A stretch of 64,000 nucleotides of DNA, taken from positions 10,550-74,549 of the forward strand of contig JAETOX010000003.1 of assembly GCA_021771575.1 (NCBI GenBank), in the 5' to 3' direction. This document shows, piece after piece, positions 28,366 through 39,075 of the stretch; positions within the stretch are counted from its first letter, which is position 1; each line of letters opens with the position of its first letter. The position numbers and the translations under genes are program-made. The notes under the pieces were generated by a model. The model had not been told where the DNA came from. It was given only the letters and a program-made list of their open reading frames with translations, and searched no databases. This stretch comes from Bacteroides sp. GTDB taxonomy: Bacteria; Bacteroidota; Bacteroidia; Bacteroidales; Marinifilaceae.

Positions 28366-31300
28366 ATGAAAAAATTTGGGAAAAAGGGGATTTTAAAGAA
28401 CCCTATGAAATTTTTATTTGTATCGGGAATTTTCCTGATGTCGATTTTTACTTCTTTTCCGGCTTCGGCCTTAGGGCAGAAAGCCAGTGTAAATCTGGAG
28501 AATGTATCGTTGAAAGAAGTTTTCCGGGAAATAAAACATCAAACCGGTTATACTTTTGTTTTTAATGAAGCCGCTGTGCAAAAAGCCGGTAAAGTATCGG
28601 TGAATGTATCTTCGGAAGACATGCAGCAACTGATGGATGAATGTCTGAAAGGTACTTCATTGGAGTATTATATCGAGAACAAGGTTATTGTTATCCTGTC
28701 CAGGCAAGAACGTGCTTTGGAAGCGGCTCCGCAGGCCGTTCAGATTAAAGGTGTGGTTGTAGATCCACAAGGAAACCCATTACCCGGGGTAACCATCATG
28801 TTGAAGGGTACCACCCTGGGATGTGCTACCGATGTCAACGGAGAGTTTGCACTCGAAGTGGGAAATGCAGAAAATGTCACGCTTGAATTTTCATTTGTCG
28901 GTATGAAAAAGAAAGTGGTCGACATAAAACATCCTGCACAGCAATCCGGATTGTTGAGAGTGGAAATGGAGGAAGAGGTGGTAAGTGTGGACGAAGTGGT
29001 GGTTGTCGGTTATGGTGTGGCCACGAAAAGAGATTTGACAGGTCAGGTTTCCTCGGTCGGTGAAAAAGAAATCGAGAAAAAAAATGTGATGAATGTAGAA
29101 AACCTGCTGCAGAATATGGCTGCCGGCGTGGTCGTATCGCAGGCATCTTCGAATCCGTCTGAAAAAATCCGGGTGCGTGTTCGGGGTGAGGCTTCTCTGA
29201 CCGGCGATAACGAACCGTTGTTTGTGGTGGACGGAATTCCGGTGGAATCGGATGTGATCAACACCATTGCTCCTCAGGATATACAGTCGATGGACGTATT
29301 GAAAGATGCTTCTGCCGCAGCTATCTATGGTTCGCGTGGTGCTAACGGTGTGATTATCATTACGACGAAACGGGGAAAGCAAGGCTCAGCGCCTCGTCTC
29401 AATGCGAGTTATACGTTTAGCACGGACTCGCGCATACAGAACTATCACGTCCTGAATGGAGACGAATTTCGCGAATTTGTCCGCTACACGGCTGAGCAGA
29501 CTTTAAAAGTTGATCCCTCGAACGATGCAGCCACCTCTATTTTGGCCGAGGGAAGTGATGAACTGATGAACGGAAATACCGACTGGTATAAAGAGTTGCG
29601 CCGTCCGGCTTTCCGGCATGATGTCAACCTTTCTTTGCGTGGAGGCGGTGAGCGTTCTAATTATTTCATCTCTTTCGGCGTGATGGATTATCAGGGAATG
29701 CTCGATCATGACGATTATACCCGTTACAACGGACGTATCAACCTGGATTACGATGTGACCGATTTCCTGCGTTTCGGAACATCGACAACCCTGGGATATA
29801 CCGATATCAGCAATGCACAGACCTCTATGTATACTGCTATAGGCTTCCGGCCTGTTTATCCGGTTTACAATGAAGACGGCACCTATTTCAGAAATGGGAC
29901 TACCAATAATCCCGTAGCCAGCAACGAGGCTCGGAGTTATAGCGATAATTTCAGCATTTTGTCGGCTTCTTATCTGGAACTGAAGATCTGGAAGGGGTTG
30001 AAATTGAAAACCAGTCTGGCATTGAACCAGAATATGTCGTTCAGCGAGTATTTCTCGCCGAGTTTCCTGTACAGTGATGGCAAGGCTACCGGAGGAGAAA
30101 GTACTTCTCGTTCGTTTTCTACGGTTTGGGATAATACCCTGGCTTATAACAATACGTTTAATGATATTCACGCTCTGGATGCCGTGGTCGGTGTCTCTTT
30201 TGAACGTACCAAAAACCGGGGATTCGGTATCGATGTGAAAAACTATCCGATGGATCAGATCCTGACCGGATTGACCAATGCTTCCGAATATGTCCGCAAA
30301 AACGGTTCCGGACAAGTATATGGATTGCAATCCACTTTTGCCCGTTTCAATTACCGTTTGATGGATAAATATCTGTTTACTTTTACTGCCCGTTATGACG
30401 GATCGTCTTCATTCGGTTCGAACAATCGTTATGGATTTTTCCCTTCCGGGGCTATTGCCTGGCGTATCAGCGAAGAAAAATTCCTGAAGTCGGCGGAATT
30501 TATAAACGATTTAAAAATCAAAGCAAGTGCCGGACGTACCGGGGTTCAGAACTTTAACCGTGGAAGTTATGCTAATAAAGATCTCTACTCCACCTCGGAT
30601 TATATGAACAATCCGGCTATCGTTCATTCGCAGATGGGTAACCGGGATATCAAATGGGAAACGACGGTTCAGTATGATTTGGGTATTGATTTTACTTTGT
30701 TTAATTATGTATTGAGCGGTAATATCGCTTATTATCGCAAGAATACCGACGACCTGATCTGGCAATATACACCGCCTTCCAGTCTGGCCGTATCCAGTGT
30801 ACCCACCAATATCGGAGCCGTACGCAATCAGGGTATCGAAGTTACTTTGCGGGCCAATATTTTCCAACATAAAAAGGACTGGAAATGGGAATTGGCACTG
30901 AATGCATCACATAATCGCAATAAAGTAACCCGTTTGGTGGAAGAAGGCGCTCAGGCCAACGGCATGGGTATTACGGTGCAGGGAAGTGGTTCGCAGGTAC
31001 TGGCCGAAGGACATCCGATGGGTTCTTTCTTCGGGTATGCCTATGACGGTATCATCCAGAATGAAGCCACCATCAAAGAGTTGAACGACAAGGCTAAGGA
31101 AGCCGGAAAAAGTAGTTATAACGGCACATTGCGTCCGGGACATTTGCTGATCCGGGATGTGGATGGTAGTGGATACATCGATAACAATGACCGCGTCATT
31201 ATCGGTTCTCCGCAGGCCGACCTGATCGGTGGATTGACTTCAAACCTGTCTTACAAGCGACTGAGCTTATATACACTTTGGGGATTTCAGATCGGCGGGA

Positions 31301-31707
31301 AAAAATTGTACAATAAAACGTTGCAGAATCTGCCTAATCAGTTGACTGGTCTGATCGACTATAATTTATATAATCGCTGGAATATGGACAATCAGGATGC
31401 CAAATTGCCGGCTATGTATATCGGCGATGGTGTAACTTCCACAACCAGTTTGGAATTGCATAATGCTTCGAATCTGCGCTTACAGGAATTGCGGTTGAGC
31501 TATGAATTACCCACTTTGTTTGGTGGAAAATACCTCAAATCCGGTGAAGTATTTTTCAATGCGACCAACTTATTCGTGATTACCAAATATCCGGGCCTTG
31601 ATCCGAGTACAATCGGGTATGCCGGATCCAATTACGGATCCAATTATGAAGGATGGAGTTATCCGGCGATCCGGACTTTCTCTTTCGGTCTTAAACTTAA
31701 TTTCTAA
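28366..31707 (+). CDS. SusC/RagA TonB-dependent transporter with N-terminal signalling (STN) domain
   Basis: STN and CarboxypepD-like domains, EVVVVGYG, PLFVVDG, LKDASAAAIYGSRGANGVIIITTKRG, IKWETT, C-terminal RTFSFGLKLNF. Confidence 0.96.
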   Translation: MKKFGKKGILKNPMKFLFVSGIFLMSIFTSFPASALGQKASVNLENVSLKEVFREIKHQTGYTFVFNEAAVQKAGKVSVNVSSEDMQQLMDECLKGTSLEYYIENKVIVILSRQERALEAAPQAVQIKGVVVDPQGNPLPGVTIMLKGTTLGCATDVNGEFALEVGNAENVTLEFSFVGMKKKVVDIKHPAQQSGLLRVEMEEEVVSVDEVVVVGYGVATKRDLTGQVSSVGEKEIEKKNVMNVENLLQNMAAGVVVSQASSNPSEKIRVRVRGEASLTGDNEPLFVVDGIPVESDVINTIAPQDIQSMDVLKDASAAAIYGSRGANGVIIITTKRGKQGSAPRLNASYTFSTDSRIQNYHVLNGDEFREFVRYTAEQTLKVDPSNDAATSILAEGSDELMNGNTDWYKELRRPAFRHDVNLSLRGGGERSNYFISFGVMDYQGMLDHDDYTRYNGRINLDYDVTDFLRFGTSTTLGYTDISNAQTSMYTAIGFRPVYPVYNEDGTYFRNGTTNNPVASNEARSYSDNFSILSASYLELKIWKGLKLKTSLALNQNMSFSEYFSPSFLYSDGKATGGESTSRSFSTVWDNTLAYNNTFNDIHALDAVVGVSFERTKNRGFGIDVKNYPMDQILTGLTNASEYVRKNGSGQVYGLQSTFARFNYRLMDKYLFTFTARYDGSSSFGSNNRYGFFPSGAIAWRISEEKFLKSAEFINDLKIKASAGRTGVQNFNRGSYANKDLYSTSDYMNNPAIVHSQMGNRDIKWETTVQYDLGIDFTLFNYVLSGNIAYYRKNTDDLIWQYTPPSSLAVSSVPTNIGAVRNQGIEVTLRANIFQHKKDWKWELALNASHNRNKVTRLVEEGAQANGMGITVQGSGSQVLAEGHPMGSFFGYAYDGIIQNEATIKELNDKAKEAGKSSYNGTLRPGHLLIRDVDGSGYIDNNDRVIIGSPQADLIGGLTSNLSYKRLSLYTLWGFQIGGKKLYNKTLQNLPNQLTGLIDYNLYNRWNMDNQDAKLPAMYIGDGVTSTTSLELHNASNLRLQELRLSYELPTLFGGKYLKSGEVFFNATNLFVITKYPGLDPSTIGYAGSNYGSNYEGWSYPAIRTFSFGLKLNF

Positions 31708-31719
31708 AATTCGACTGGT

Positions 31720-33168
31720 ATGAAAAAAATTATATTCTGCTTTTTGATGATCGTCAGCTTGACCAATTGTCAGTTGGTGGATGTGCTGGAACAAGATCCG
31801 ATGTATAAACTCGACCTGGAGGGGGCTATTACGACCCCTGATATGGCGGAACTAGCCTTGCTGGGGACCTATTCTTATTTGCCCAGTACGGGACTGAATT
31901 ATATTTATCCGGTATTGAGCGGTAGCTTTATGTCCGGCTGTATGTTGCGTCAGGATTTTATCACTTCCGGGAATGCTATTTATTTTTCTGAACGTTACCT
32001 GAACATATTGTCTTATTCCAGTTTCGGAGATGGGGAATGGAAGGAGGCTTATAATATAATTAAAAATGCGAATTTCCTCCTGAAGGCACTGGAAGGTATC
32101 AACGAAAAGGATTTTAAGCCGGGACGCAAGACGGAGATGATCGGTGAATGTCATTTTCTGATTGCTTTCGCCTATTATCGTCTGTTACGGCAGTTCGGCG
32201 AATATTGGGATATGACGAGCAAATATGGAGTGCTGATTCGCAATGAGCTGCCTGCTGTTTCGAATGCAGTGAAGGCCCGGGCGACTGTTGCCGACAGTTA
32301 TAAAGAGATCTTTTCGCATCTCGAAATAGCCCTCACCCAGACGCCTGAGTATACGGTTTCTACCCTGGCCTCCAAACAGGCGGCAAAAGCCCTGAAAGCG
32401 GAAGTCCTTTTCTTGCAGGGTGATTATGAAAATGCTGCCATTGCTGCCGATGAAGCCATCACCAATGTCAATCCGCTTGAAAATAGTTACGAAGATGTGT
32501 TTGCCAAAGCTGAATCATCGAAAGAGATTATCTTTAGCCGGGGATTCAGTACCGATGAAATTTCTTCGGTCAGCTATTATCTGGAGCAATCTTGTGGTGT
32601 CGGTTTATGGGGACCTACCCAAACTTATCTCGACTTGATTGAAGGCGATCCGCGGCAATCAGTGGTCGTGGATCAGAAAGATATTACTTATAAAGGAAAT
32701 GTTTATCCTGATCGCTATACAGTTGGGAAATTATACCGGGGGGCAGATGCCGGTATGCCGGTTTTGTTTATGCGTACGGCAGAATTATACCTGATTAAAG
32801 CAGAGGCGTTGGCCCGTAGTAATGCTTCGATTGCAGATGCTTGGGCACCCATAAAACAATTGAGAATACGTGCCGGAAGTTCGCAGTTGGCAGAGCCCGC
32901 CACCCGCGAAGCTTTGATGGAAGAGATTTTCAAAGAATGGTTAGTGGAACTGGCTTTCGAAAACTGGCATGAATGGTTTGCCGTACAGCGTTTTGATAAA
33001 CTTTTCGTTATGAGCGAGAGTTTGTCCGATCAGCTGGCTAAAGAGCAGGAAGAAGGCGACAGTTATGCGGAGGCTTATCTGGAGCGTATCCGCTGGAAAC
33101 GGATTTATAATATTCCTACTGCTGAATTGAATGCGAATGCTGCCTGTGAACCGAATCCCGGATATTAA
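31720..33168 (+). CDS. SusD/RagB nutrient-binding lipoprotein
   Basis: Lipobox LTNC, GECHFLIAFAY, RTAELYLIKAEA, EWLVELAFENWHEWF. Confidence 0.9.
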   Translation: MKKIIFCFLMIVSLTNCQLVDVLEQDPMYKLDLEGAITTPDMAELALLGTYSYLPSTGLNYIYPVLSGSFMSGCMLRQDFITSGNAIYFSERYLNILSYSSFGDGEWKEAYNIIKNANFLLKALEGINEKDFKPGRKTEMIGECHFLIAFAYYRLLRQFGEYWDMTSKYGVLIRNELPAVSNAVKARATVADSYKEIFSHLEIALTQTPEYTVSTLASKQAAKALKAEVLFLQGDYENAAIAADEAITNVNPLENSYEDVFAKAESSKEIIFSRGFSTDEISSVSYYLEQSCGVGLWGPTQTYLDLIEGDPRQSVVVDQKDITYKGNVYPDRYTVGKLYRGADAGMPVLFMRTAELYLIKAEALARSNASIADAWAPIKQLRIRAGSSQLAEPATREALMEEIFKEWLVELAFENWHEWFAVQRFDKLFVMSESLSDQLAKEQEEGDSYAEAYLERIRWKRIYNIPTAELNANAACEPNPGY

Positions 33169-33183
33169 TGGGGCGATTGTACT

Positions 33184-34374
33184 ATGAATTTATATACAAT
33201 GAAAAGAATATACGTTTTATTATTTTGCTTTTATTGCTTTTCCGGGATCGCTCAGGAAGTAAACCATGGTATTGAATTTTATCATGGTAACTGGAGCGAA
33301 GCCCTCGAAAAAGCAAAGCAGGAAAAGAAACTAATCTTTGTTGATTTCTATACGAAGTGGTGTGGACCTTGTTTGGCGATGGCCGAAGAGGTCTTCACCC
33401 AGTCGTTCGTCGGTGATTTTTATAATACACATTTTGTGAATTGTAAGATCGACGCAGAAAACGGCGAAGGGGTGGAGCTTGCTAAACGTTATGGTGTAAA
33501 TTTATTCCCTACCTATGTTTTTGTGAATCCGGAGGATGGGACAGTGGTTCATCGGAGTAAATCCCGGCAATCGGCCGAACAATTTCTGGCCACCGGCCGG
33601 GGAGCTACAGTTCCGGAATTGCGTTCGGATTTTCTGTTGCAGGAGTTTGAGAAAGGGCGCCGTGACCGGGAGTTCCTGATCCACTATATCGATTATAATG
33701 CTTCGGTATATGATCGGGAAAAAGTAACTGCCGCTTTCGATATACTGGTGGAACAAGGTGGTAAACTGACAGAACCGGAACTGTGGCGTATTTTCGATAG
33801 CTATATTACGGGAGCACAGAACAAATACCTGCAGGAAGTGGGCCAGCGATATTTTGAATATATCGCTGCCCTCGGCAAAAAGACGGTAGATAATAAATTG
33901 TATCGGGAAACTCGTTATTGCTCTCCGGAAGAATTGGCACAAATGCCTGATTTCGACGGAAAGCGGTTGAATTTGCAGATGAACCGGATCAATTCGTTGG
34001 TGCGCGATAAAAAGTATGATGAGGCAGATGCCCTGATCCGGGTAGTGATGGCCGATACGACACTGAACCGTCAGGATTTTATCGACCAGTTTAAATATAC
34101 GGTGCGAAACAGTTGCCGGCATGAAGATACCCCATTGGCATGGTTAACCTGTTGCGCTTCTTATCTGCAATATATAGCCTATAACGATAACAATCGTCAG
34201 GATGCTTATATTCATCAGGAATATGCTGCAATGCTGGAACGCCTAGTGCGTCGTACGCCTGGTGCCGAAGGGGTTTTCCCGGAATCGGTGCTTCGCGAAC
34301 CGGAGTTCGGCGTGAAAGAATATGATTTACGTTCCCGGAATCTGGCCAAGAAACCTGTGCGTAAACGGAAATAA
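33184..34374 (+). CDS. Secreted thioredoxin-domain protein (WCGPC) with helical C-terminal region
   Basis: Signal peptide, KLIFVDFYTKWCGPC, KIDAENGEGVELAKRYGV..FPTY. Confidence 0.88.
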   Translation: MNLYTMKRIYVLLFCFYCFSGIAQEVNHGIEFYHGNWSEALEKAKQEKKLIFVDFYTKWCGPCLAMAEEVFTQSFVGDFYNTHFVNCKIDAENGEGVELAKRYGVNLFPTYVFVNPEDGTVVHRSKSRQSAEQFLATGRGATVPELRSDFLLQEFEKGRRDREFLIHYIDYNASVYDREKVTAAFDILVEQGGKLTEPELWRIFDSYITGAQNKYLQEVGQRYFEYIAALGKKTVDNKLYRETRYCSPEELAQMPDFDGKRLNLQMNRINSLVRDKKYDEADALIRVVMADTTLNRQDFIDQFKYTVRNSCRHEDTPLAWLTCCASYLQYIAYNDNNRQDAYIHQEYAAMLERLVRRTPGAEGVFPESVLREPEFGVKEYDLRSRNLAKKPVRKRK

Positions 34375-34380
34375 AAAAAC

Positions 34381-34410
34381 GGAGAAAGAAACAAGACGGT
34401 TTCTTTCTCC
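34381..34410. terminator. Bidirectional terminator between thioredoxin and lspA
   Basis: Perfect 12-bp stem GGAGAAAGAAAC-AAGACG-GTTTCTTTCTCC, flanked by A and T tracts. Confidence 0.85.
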
Positions 34411-34454
34411 ATTTTTCTTTGAGTTATCTATAAATTATACTTCCCTTAAAATAT

Positions 34455-35090
34455 TCAGGCTGTCCGGGCTGTTGTTTTTTCTTTTTTATCTGAGAAAAAA
34501 TTGCGGTAAAATAAGATCAGCATCAGCACGCCGATGGTAATATACGAATCGGCCAGGTTAAAGACCGGACGGAAAAACAGGAAATCCTGCCCACCCCAAA
34601 AAGGAACCCAAGAGGGGAAATGACCTTTGATAAGCGGGAAATAAAGCATGTCTACCACTTTACCGTGCAAAAAAGAAGAATAGCCTCCTTCGGCCGGGAA
34701 AAGCGTGGCGATTTGATAATGGCTGTCACTGAAAATCATCCCATAAAAGAGACTGTCGAAAATATTTCCGATCGCTCCGCAGAAAATTAAAGCAAAAGAG
34801 AATAATACTCCTTGCGGCGCTTTTTCCCGGATGAGTTTCAGGATATACCACCCAATGGCTCCGACGGCAACGATGCGAAATAGGCTGAGAATCGTTTTTC
34901 CGAATTTGCCGTCTCCCAGCTCCATGCCAAAAGCCATTCCGTTATTTTCGATAAAAAGGATTTTGAACCAGTCTCCGAAAACGGGAATTTCTTCTCCGAT
35001 CATCATGTGGGTTTTGATCCAGATTTTTACTGCCTGGTCGAGGACCAGCAAAACAAGGATAAAAATAGCCAGTTTGTTCCGCACACTCAT
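34455..35090 (-). CDS. lspA: Lipoprotein signal peptidase II
   Basis: DQAVKIW, ENNGMAFG, GAIGNIFD, GKVVDM, VFNLADS. Confidence 0.95.
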   Translation of the reverse strand: MSVRNKLAIFILVLLVLDQAVKIWIKTHMMIGEEIPVFGDWFKILFIENNGMAFGMELGDGKFGKTILSLFRIVAVGAIGWYILKLIREKAPQGVLFSFALIFCGAIGNIFDSLFYGMIFSDSHYQIATLFPAEGGYSSFLHGKVVDMLYFPLIKGHFPSWVPFWGGQDFLFFRPVFNLADSYITIGVLMLILFYRNFFSDKKEKTTARTA

Positions 35091-35107
35091 AGTAAATAAA
35101 AATTATA

Positions 35108-35136
35108 GAATCTTAATCGCTCAGCGATTAAGATTC
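35108..35136. terminator. 13-bp perfect hairpin over the dksA stop codon
   Basis: GAATCTTAATCGC-TCA-GCGATTAAGATTC, followed on minus by TATAATTTTT. Confidence 0.5.
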
Positions 35137-35508
35137 CTGTCCTTCTTTTGCTTCGATACTCAAGGTTGCATGCGGTACAGCGCGTAATCTTTCTTTGGAA
35201 ATCAATTTGCCTGTCACCCGGCAGATGCCGTATGTTTTGTTTTCAACTCTGACAAGTGCCGCTTCCAGATGAGCAATAAATTTAGCTTGTCTTTGTGCCA
35301 AACGTCCGGCTTCTTCTTTGGAAAGCACAGAAGCTCCTTCTTCCAGCACTTTAAATGTTGGGGAAGTGTCTGCAATGTCGTTCCCATCACTTCCTGAAAT
35401 AGAGGCTTTCAGTAAGTCGTAGTCCTTTCTTGCTTTTTCGAGCTTTTCCAGAATCAATTCTTTGAATTCTTGAAGCTCTTCGTCAGAATATCTGGTTTTC
35501 TCTGCCAT
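35128..35508 (-). CDS. TraR/DksA family transcriptional regulator
   Basis: Coiled coil ending LEAALVRVENKTYGICRVTGKLISKERLRAVPHATLS, between ileS and lspA. Confidence 0.9.
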   Translation of the reverse strand: MAEKTRYSDEELQEFKELILEKLEKARKDYDLLKASISGSDGNDIADTSPTFKVLEEGASVLSKEEAGRLAQRQAKFIAHLEAALVRVENKTYGICRVTGKLISKERLRAVPHATLSIEAKEGQES

Positions 35509-35598
35509 AGCTTTTAAGTTTTCGTCTAAGTTAATAAATATTCGTCAATAATCGAATGTTTGCTCATACGCAAGAATGACTTCCTGGGTTTGTAAATA

Positions 35599-38500
35599 TC
35601 ATCCGATCCTTTCTATTTTAATGAAAGTATGGATATCGTCAATTTCCACTTCTTTTGCTTTCTCGTCTTTTGTCTCTGTAAGCTCTACACTTTCAGCCAA
35701 TACCTGACTGGCAATATACTGGGAAAAGTGCTCTACAGCTTCGTCGATTTCCGGATGACGTCCGATGCAAAGCGTGATCTTATCCGTCACGTCGAAATCG
35801 CTTTCCTTGCGTAAATTCTGGATGCGATTGATCAATTCCCGGGCGATACCTTCTTCTTTCAGCTCGCGGGTCACGTTGATATCCAAAGCAACGGTCAGAC
35901 GCCCCTCGTTAGCCACCAGCCATCCCGGAATATCTTCAGAAAGAATTTCAACATCTTCTAATCCCAGCGTCAGGGTTTCTTCTCCCACAGTTAAAGCATA
36001 ACGGCCGTTCTTTTCGAATTCGAATATATCGCTTTGGCCCATGGCTCCGATAGCTGCCGAAATTTGCTTCATGTATTTCCCGTATTTCGGTCCCAGGGTC
36101 TTGAAATTCGGTTTGATTTTCTTGACCAGTACCCCTGTGGTATCGGTAATGTATTCGATCTCTTTGACATTCACTTCAGAGAGAATAATGTTTTTCACCG
36201 CATCGAGCTGGCAGATCATACTGTCGTTCAAGATCGGAACGATCAGTTTACTCAACGGTTGGCGTACCCGGAGTTGTACTTTCCGGCGCAATCCCAGGAC
36301 CATAGAAGATATCTGCTGGGCTAATTCCATCCGTTCTTCCAGTTCTTTATCAATCAGGTTTTCGTCTGCTTCCGGGAAATGGGCCAGATGGACACTACCA
36401 CTGTGACGGTGAGTAACTTTGTTCAAGTCACCGAAAAGTTGTTCCATATAAAACGGAGCAATGGGGGCAGAAAGGATTGCTACTGTTTCGAGACAGGTGT
36501 AAAGTGTCTGATAAGCGGATAGTTTATCCTGTGAATATTCCCCTCCCCAGTATCTTTTCCGGGATAAACGCACATACCAGTTAGACAGGTTTTCGATAAC
36601 AAAATCCTGTAGGGCGCGTCCTGCCCGTGTCGGTTCGTATTTTTCGTAAGCCTCCGTTACTTCTTTGATCAATGAATTCAATAAAGACAGAATCCAGCGA
36701 TCGATCTCCGGACGTTCTGCTACCGGAATTTCTTTCTCTGCATAGTTGAAATGATCGACATTAGCATATAGAGCAAAGAAACCGTAAGTATTATATAAAG
36801 TACCGAAAAATTTACGTTTCACTTCGTCTACACCTGCGATATCGAATTTTAGGTTGTCCCAGGGCTGGGAATTGGTGATCATATACCAGCGCAACGGGTC
36901 GGAACCGTATTCTTCGATCGTGGTGAACGGATCGACTGCATTTCCCAAACGTTTAGACATTTTATTCCCCTTAGCATCCAATACCAATCCGTTTGAAATG
37001 ATATTCTTGAAAGCTACTGAGTCAAAAGCCATTGTTGCGATAGCATGCAAGGTAAAAAACCAGCCACGTGTCTGGTCAACCCCTTCGGCGATAAAATCAG
37101 CGGGGAAACGGAGTTGGTCGTCGATGTCTTCCTGATGTTCAAAAGGATAATGCAATTGAGCGTACGGCATAGCTCCTGAATCAAACCATACGTCGATCAA
37201 ATCCTTTTCGCGGTACATCTTCCGGCCATCAGAAGATACCAGAACGATGTCGTCTACATAAGGACGGTGAAGATCAATCTTATCGTAATTTTCTTTGGAA
37301 TTATCTCCAACGACAAATCCCTGGAAAGGATTTTCTTTCATAAAACCGGCGGCAATCGATTTTTCGATTTCTGCTATCAACTCGGCAACCGAACCGATAC
37401 ATTTCTTTTCGTTTCCGTCCTCGCTGACCCAGATAGGCAGAGGTGTTCCCCAATAACGGGAACGAGATAAGTTCCAGTCTACCAGGTTTTCCAGCCATTT
37501 TCCGAAACGTCCTTCACCGGTACTTGCCGGTTTCCAGTTGATGGTGCGATTCAGCTCGATCATCCGGTCGCGCACAGCTGTAGTCTTGATAAACCAAGAG
37601 TCCAGCGGATAGTAAAGTACCGGTTTGTCTGTACGCCAGCAATGCGGATAATTGTGTTCGTGTTTCTCGACTTTGAAAGCTTTATTTTCTTTTTTCAGCA
37701 TCACCGAAAGGTCGATGTCCAAGGTGGTATCGTCTTCCGTTAAAGCCGGATCATATGCATTTTTTACATAACGTCCGGCATATTCGCTGTATAAGGTTAC
37801 ATCGACATGATTCCGTACAAATTCCGGGTCGAGTTCTTCCAGTACAAACAACCGTCCGCGTTTGTCAACCATCGGTTGACGGTTGCCGTCCTTATCGGTT
37901 AATAAGAGCGGTACGATTCCGGCCTGTTTAGCTACCCGGTCGTCGTCGGCTCCGAATGTCGGAGCAATGTGAACGATTCCGGTACCATCTTCCGTCGTGA
38001 CATAATCTCCCAGGATAACCCGGAAGGCATCGCCTTCAGGACGTATCCAGGGCATCAATTGTTCATACCGGATACCTTCAAGTTCCGGTCCCTTGAATTC
38101 TGCCACTTTTCGGTATGGAATCAACTTATCGCCTTCCTGGTAATCCTCAAGTGCCAGTTCTTCGGCTTTTGGATTGAAATAGGCGTTAAAACGGTCTTTA
38201 GCCAGGACGACAGTGATCGGCCGGTAAGTATAGGGATTGTATGTTTTGACAACATAATAAGTGATATTCGGACCTACTGCCAGCGCTGTATTGGATGGTA
38301 ACGTCCAGGGAGTAGTCGTCCACGCGAGGAAATAAACAATATCACTGTCGGCGAACAACTTTTCGGATTTCTCATCCCGGATAACCTGGAATTGGGCGAC
38401 GCAAGTCGTATCCTTTACATCCCGGTAACATCCGGGTTGGTTGAGTTCATGTGTACTAAGCCCCGTTCCGGCCGCAGGAGAATAAGGCTGGATTGTATAA

Positions 38501-39030
38501 CCTTTATATAAGAATCCTTTATCGTACAGTTTTTTGAGTAGATACCATAACGTTTCGATATATCGGTTGTCGTAGGTGATGTAAGGGTTCTGCATATCTA
38601 CCCAATACCCCATCTTTTTGGTCAGGTCTTCCCATTCTTTCGTAAATTTCATTACGTCCAACCGGCATTCCTTGTTATAGTCCGCTACACTGATGGTTTT
38701 TCCGATCGCTTCTTTGGTAATGCCTAGTTTCTTTTCCACTCCCAATTCAACGGGTAGACCATGGGTATCCCATCCGGCTTTCCGTTCTACCTGAAATCCC
38801 TGTAAGGTTTTATAACGGCAAATGACATCCTTAATGGTTCTCGCCATTACATGGTGGATGCCAGGCATACCGTTTGCCGAAGGCGGGCCTTCGTAAAAAA
38901 CAAAAGAAGGGTGACCTTCCCGTGTTTTCAAACTCAATTCGAAAGTCTTGTTTTCTTCCCAGGTTTTCAGAATTTCTTTGTTTACCTGAGAAAGATTTAA
39001 ACCTTTGTATTCGGGGAATTTCTCGCTCAT
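35599..39030 (-). CDS. ileS: Isoleucine--tRNA ligase (type 2)
   Basis: GPPSANGMPGIHH, GWDTHGLP, WTTTPWTLP, DWNLSRSRYWGTPLP, EGVDQTRGWF, KMSKR. Confidence 0.98.
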   Translation of the reverse strand: MSEKFPEYKGLNLSQVNKEILKTWEENKTFELSLKTREGHPSFVFYEGPPSANGMPGIHHVMARTIKDVICRYKTLQGFQVERKAGWDTHGLPVELGVEKKLGITKEAIGKTISVADYNKECRLDVMKFTKEWEDLTKKMGYWVDMQNPYITYDNRYIETLWYLLKKLYDKGFLYKGYTIQPYSPAAGTGLSTHELNQPGCYRDVKDTTCVAQFQVIRDEKSEKLFADSDIVYFLAWTTTPWTLPSNTALAVGPNITYYVVKTYNPYTYRPITVVLAKDRFNAYFNPKAEELALEDYQEGDKLIPYRKVAEFKGPELEGIRYEQLMPWIRPEGDAFRVILGDYVTTEDGTGIVHIAPTFGADDDRVAKQAGIVPLLLTDKDGNRQPMVDKRGRLFVLEELDPEFVRNHVDVTLYSEYAGRYVKNAYDPALTEDDTTLDIDLSVMLKKENKAFKVEKHEHNYPHCWRTDKPVLYYPLDSWFIKTTAVRDRMIELNRTINWKPASTGEGRFGKWLENLVDWNLSRSRYWGTPLPIWVSEDGNEKKCIGSVAELIAEIEKSIAAGFMKENPFQGFVVGDNSKENYDKIDLHRPYVDDIVLVSSDGRKMYREKDLIDVWFDSGAMPYAQLHYPFEHQEDIDDQLRFPADFIAEGVDQTRGWFFTLHAIATMAFDSVAFKNIISNGLVLDAKGNKMSKRLGNAVDPFTTIEEYGSDPLRWYMITNSQPWDNLKFDIAGVDEVKRKFFGTLYNTYGFFALYANVDHFNYAEKEIPVAERPEIDRWILSLLNSLIKEVTEAYEKYEPTRAGRALQDFVIENLSNWYVRLSRKRYWGGEYSQDKLSAYQTLYTCLETVAILSAPIAPFYMEQLFGDLNKVTHRHSGSVHLAHFPEADENLIDKELEERMELAQQISSMVLGLRRKVQLRVRQPLSKLIVPILNDSMICQLDAVKNIILSEVNVKEIEYITDTTGVLVKKIKPNFKTLGPKYGKYMKQISAAIGAMGQSDIFEFEKNGRYALTVGEETLTLGLEDVEILSEDIPGWLVANEGRLTVALDINVTRELKEEGIARELINRIQNLRKESDFDVTDKITLCIGRHPEIDEAVEHFSQYIASQVLAESVELTETKDEKAKEVEIDDIHTFIKIERIG

Positions 39031-39075
39031 TGTATGTGTGTTTTATATATAATCACCTTTTTCACAAACAGAATG

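Noticed and set aside
29503-30330. 275-aa minus-strand ORF (likewise 33502-34122 and the other short track ORFs overlapping assigned genes)
   Set aside because: Shadows of susC and thioredoxin. Codon periodicity of the real gene explains the open frame.
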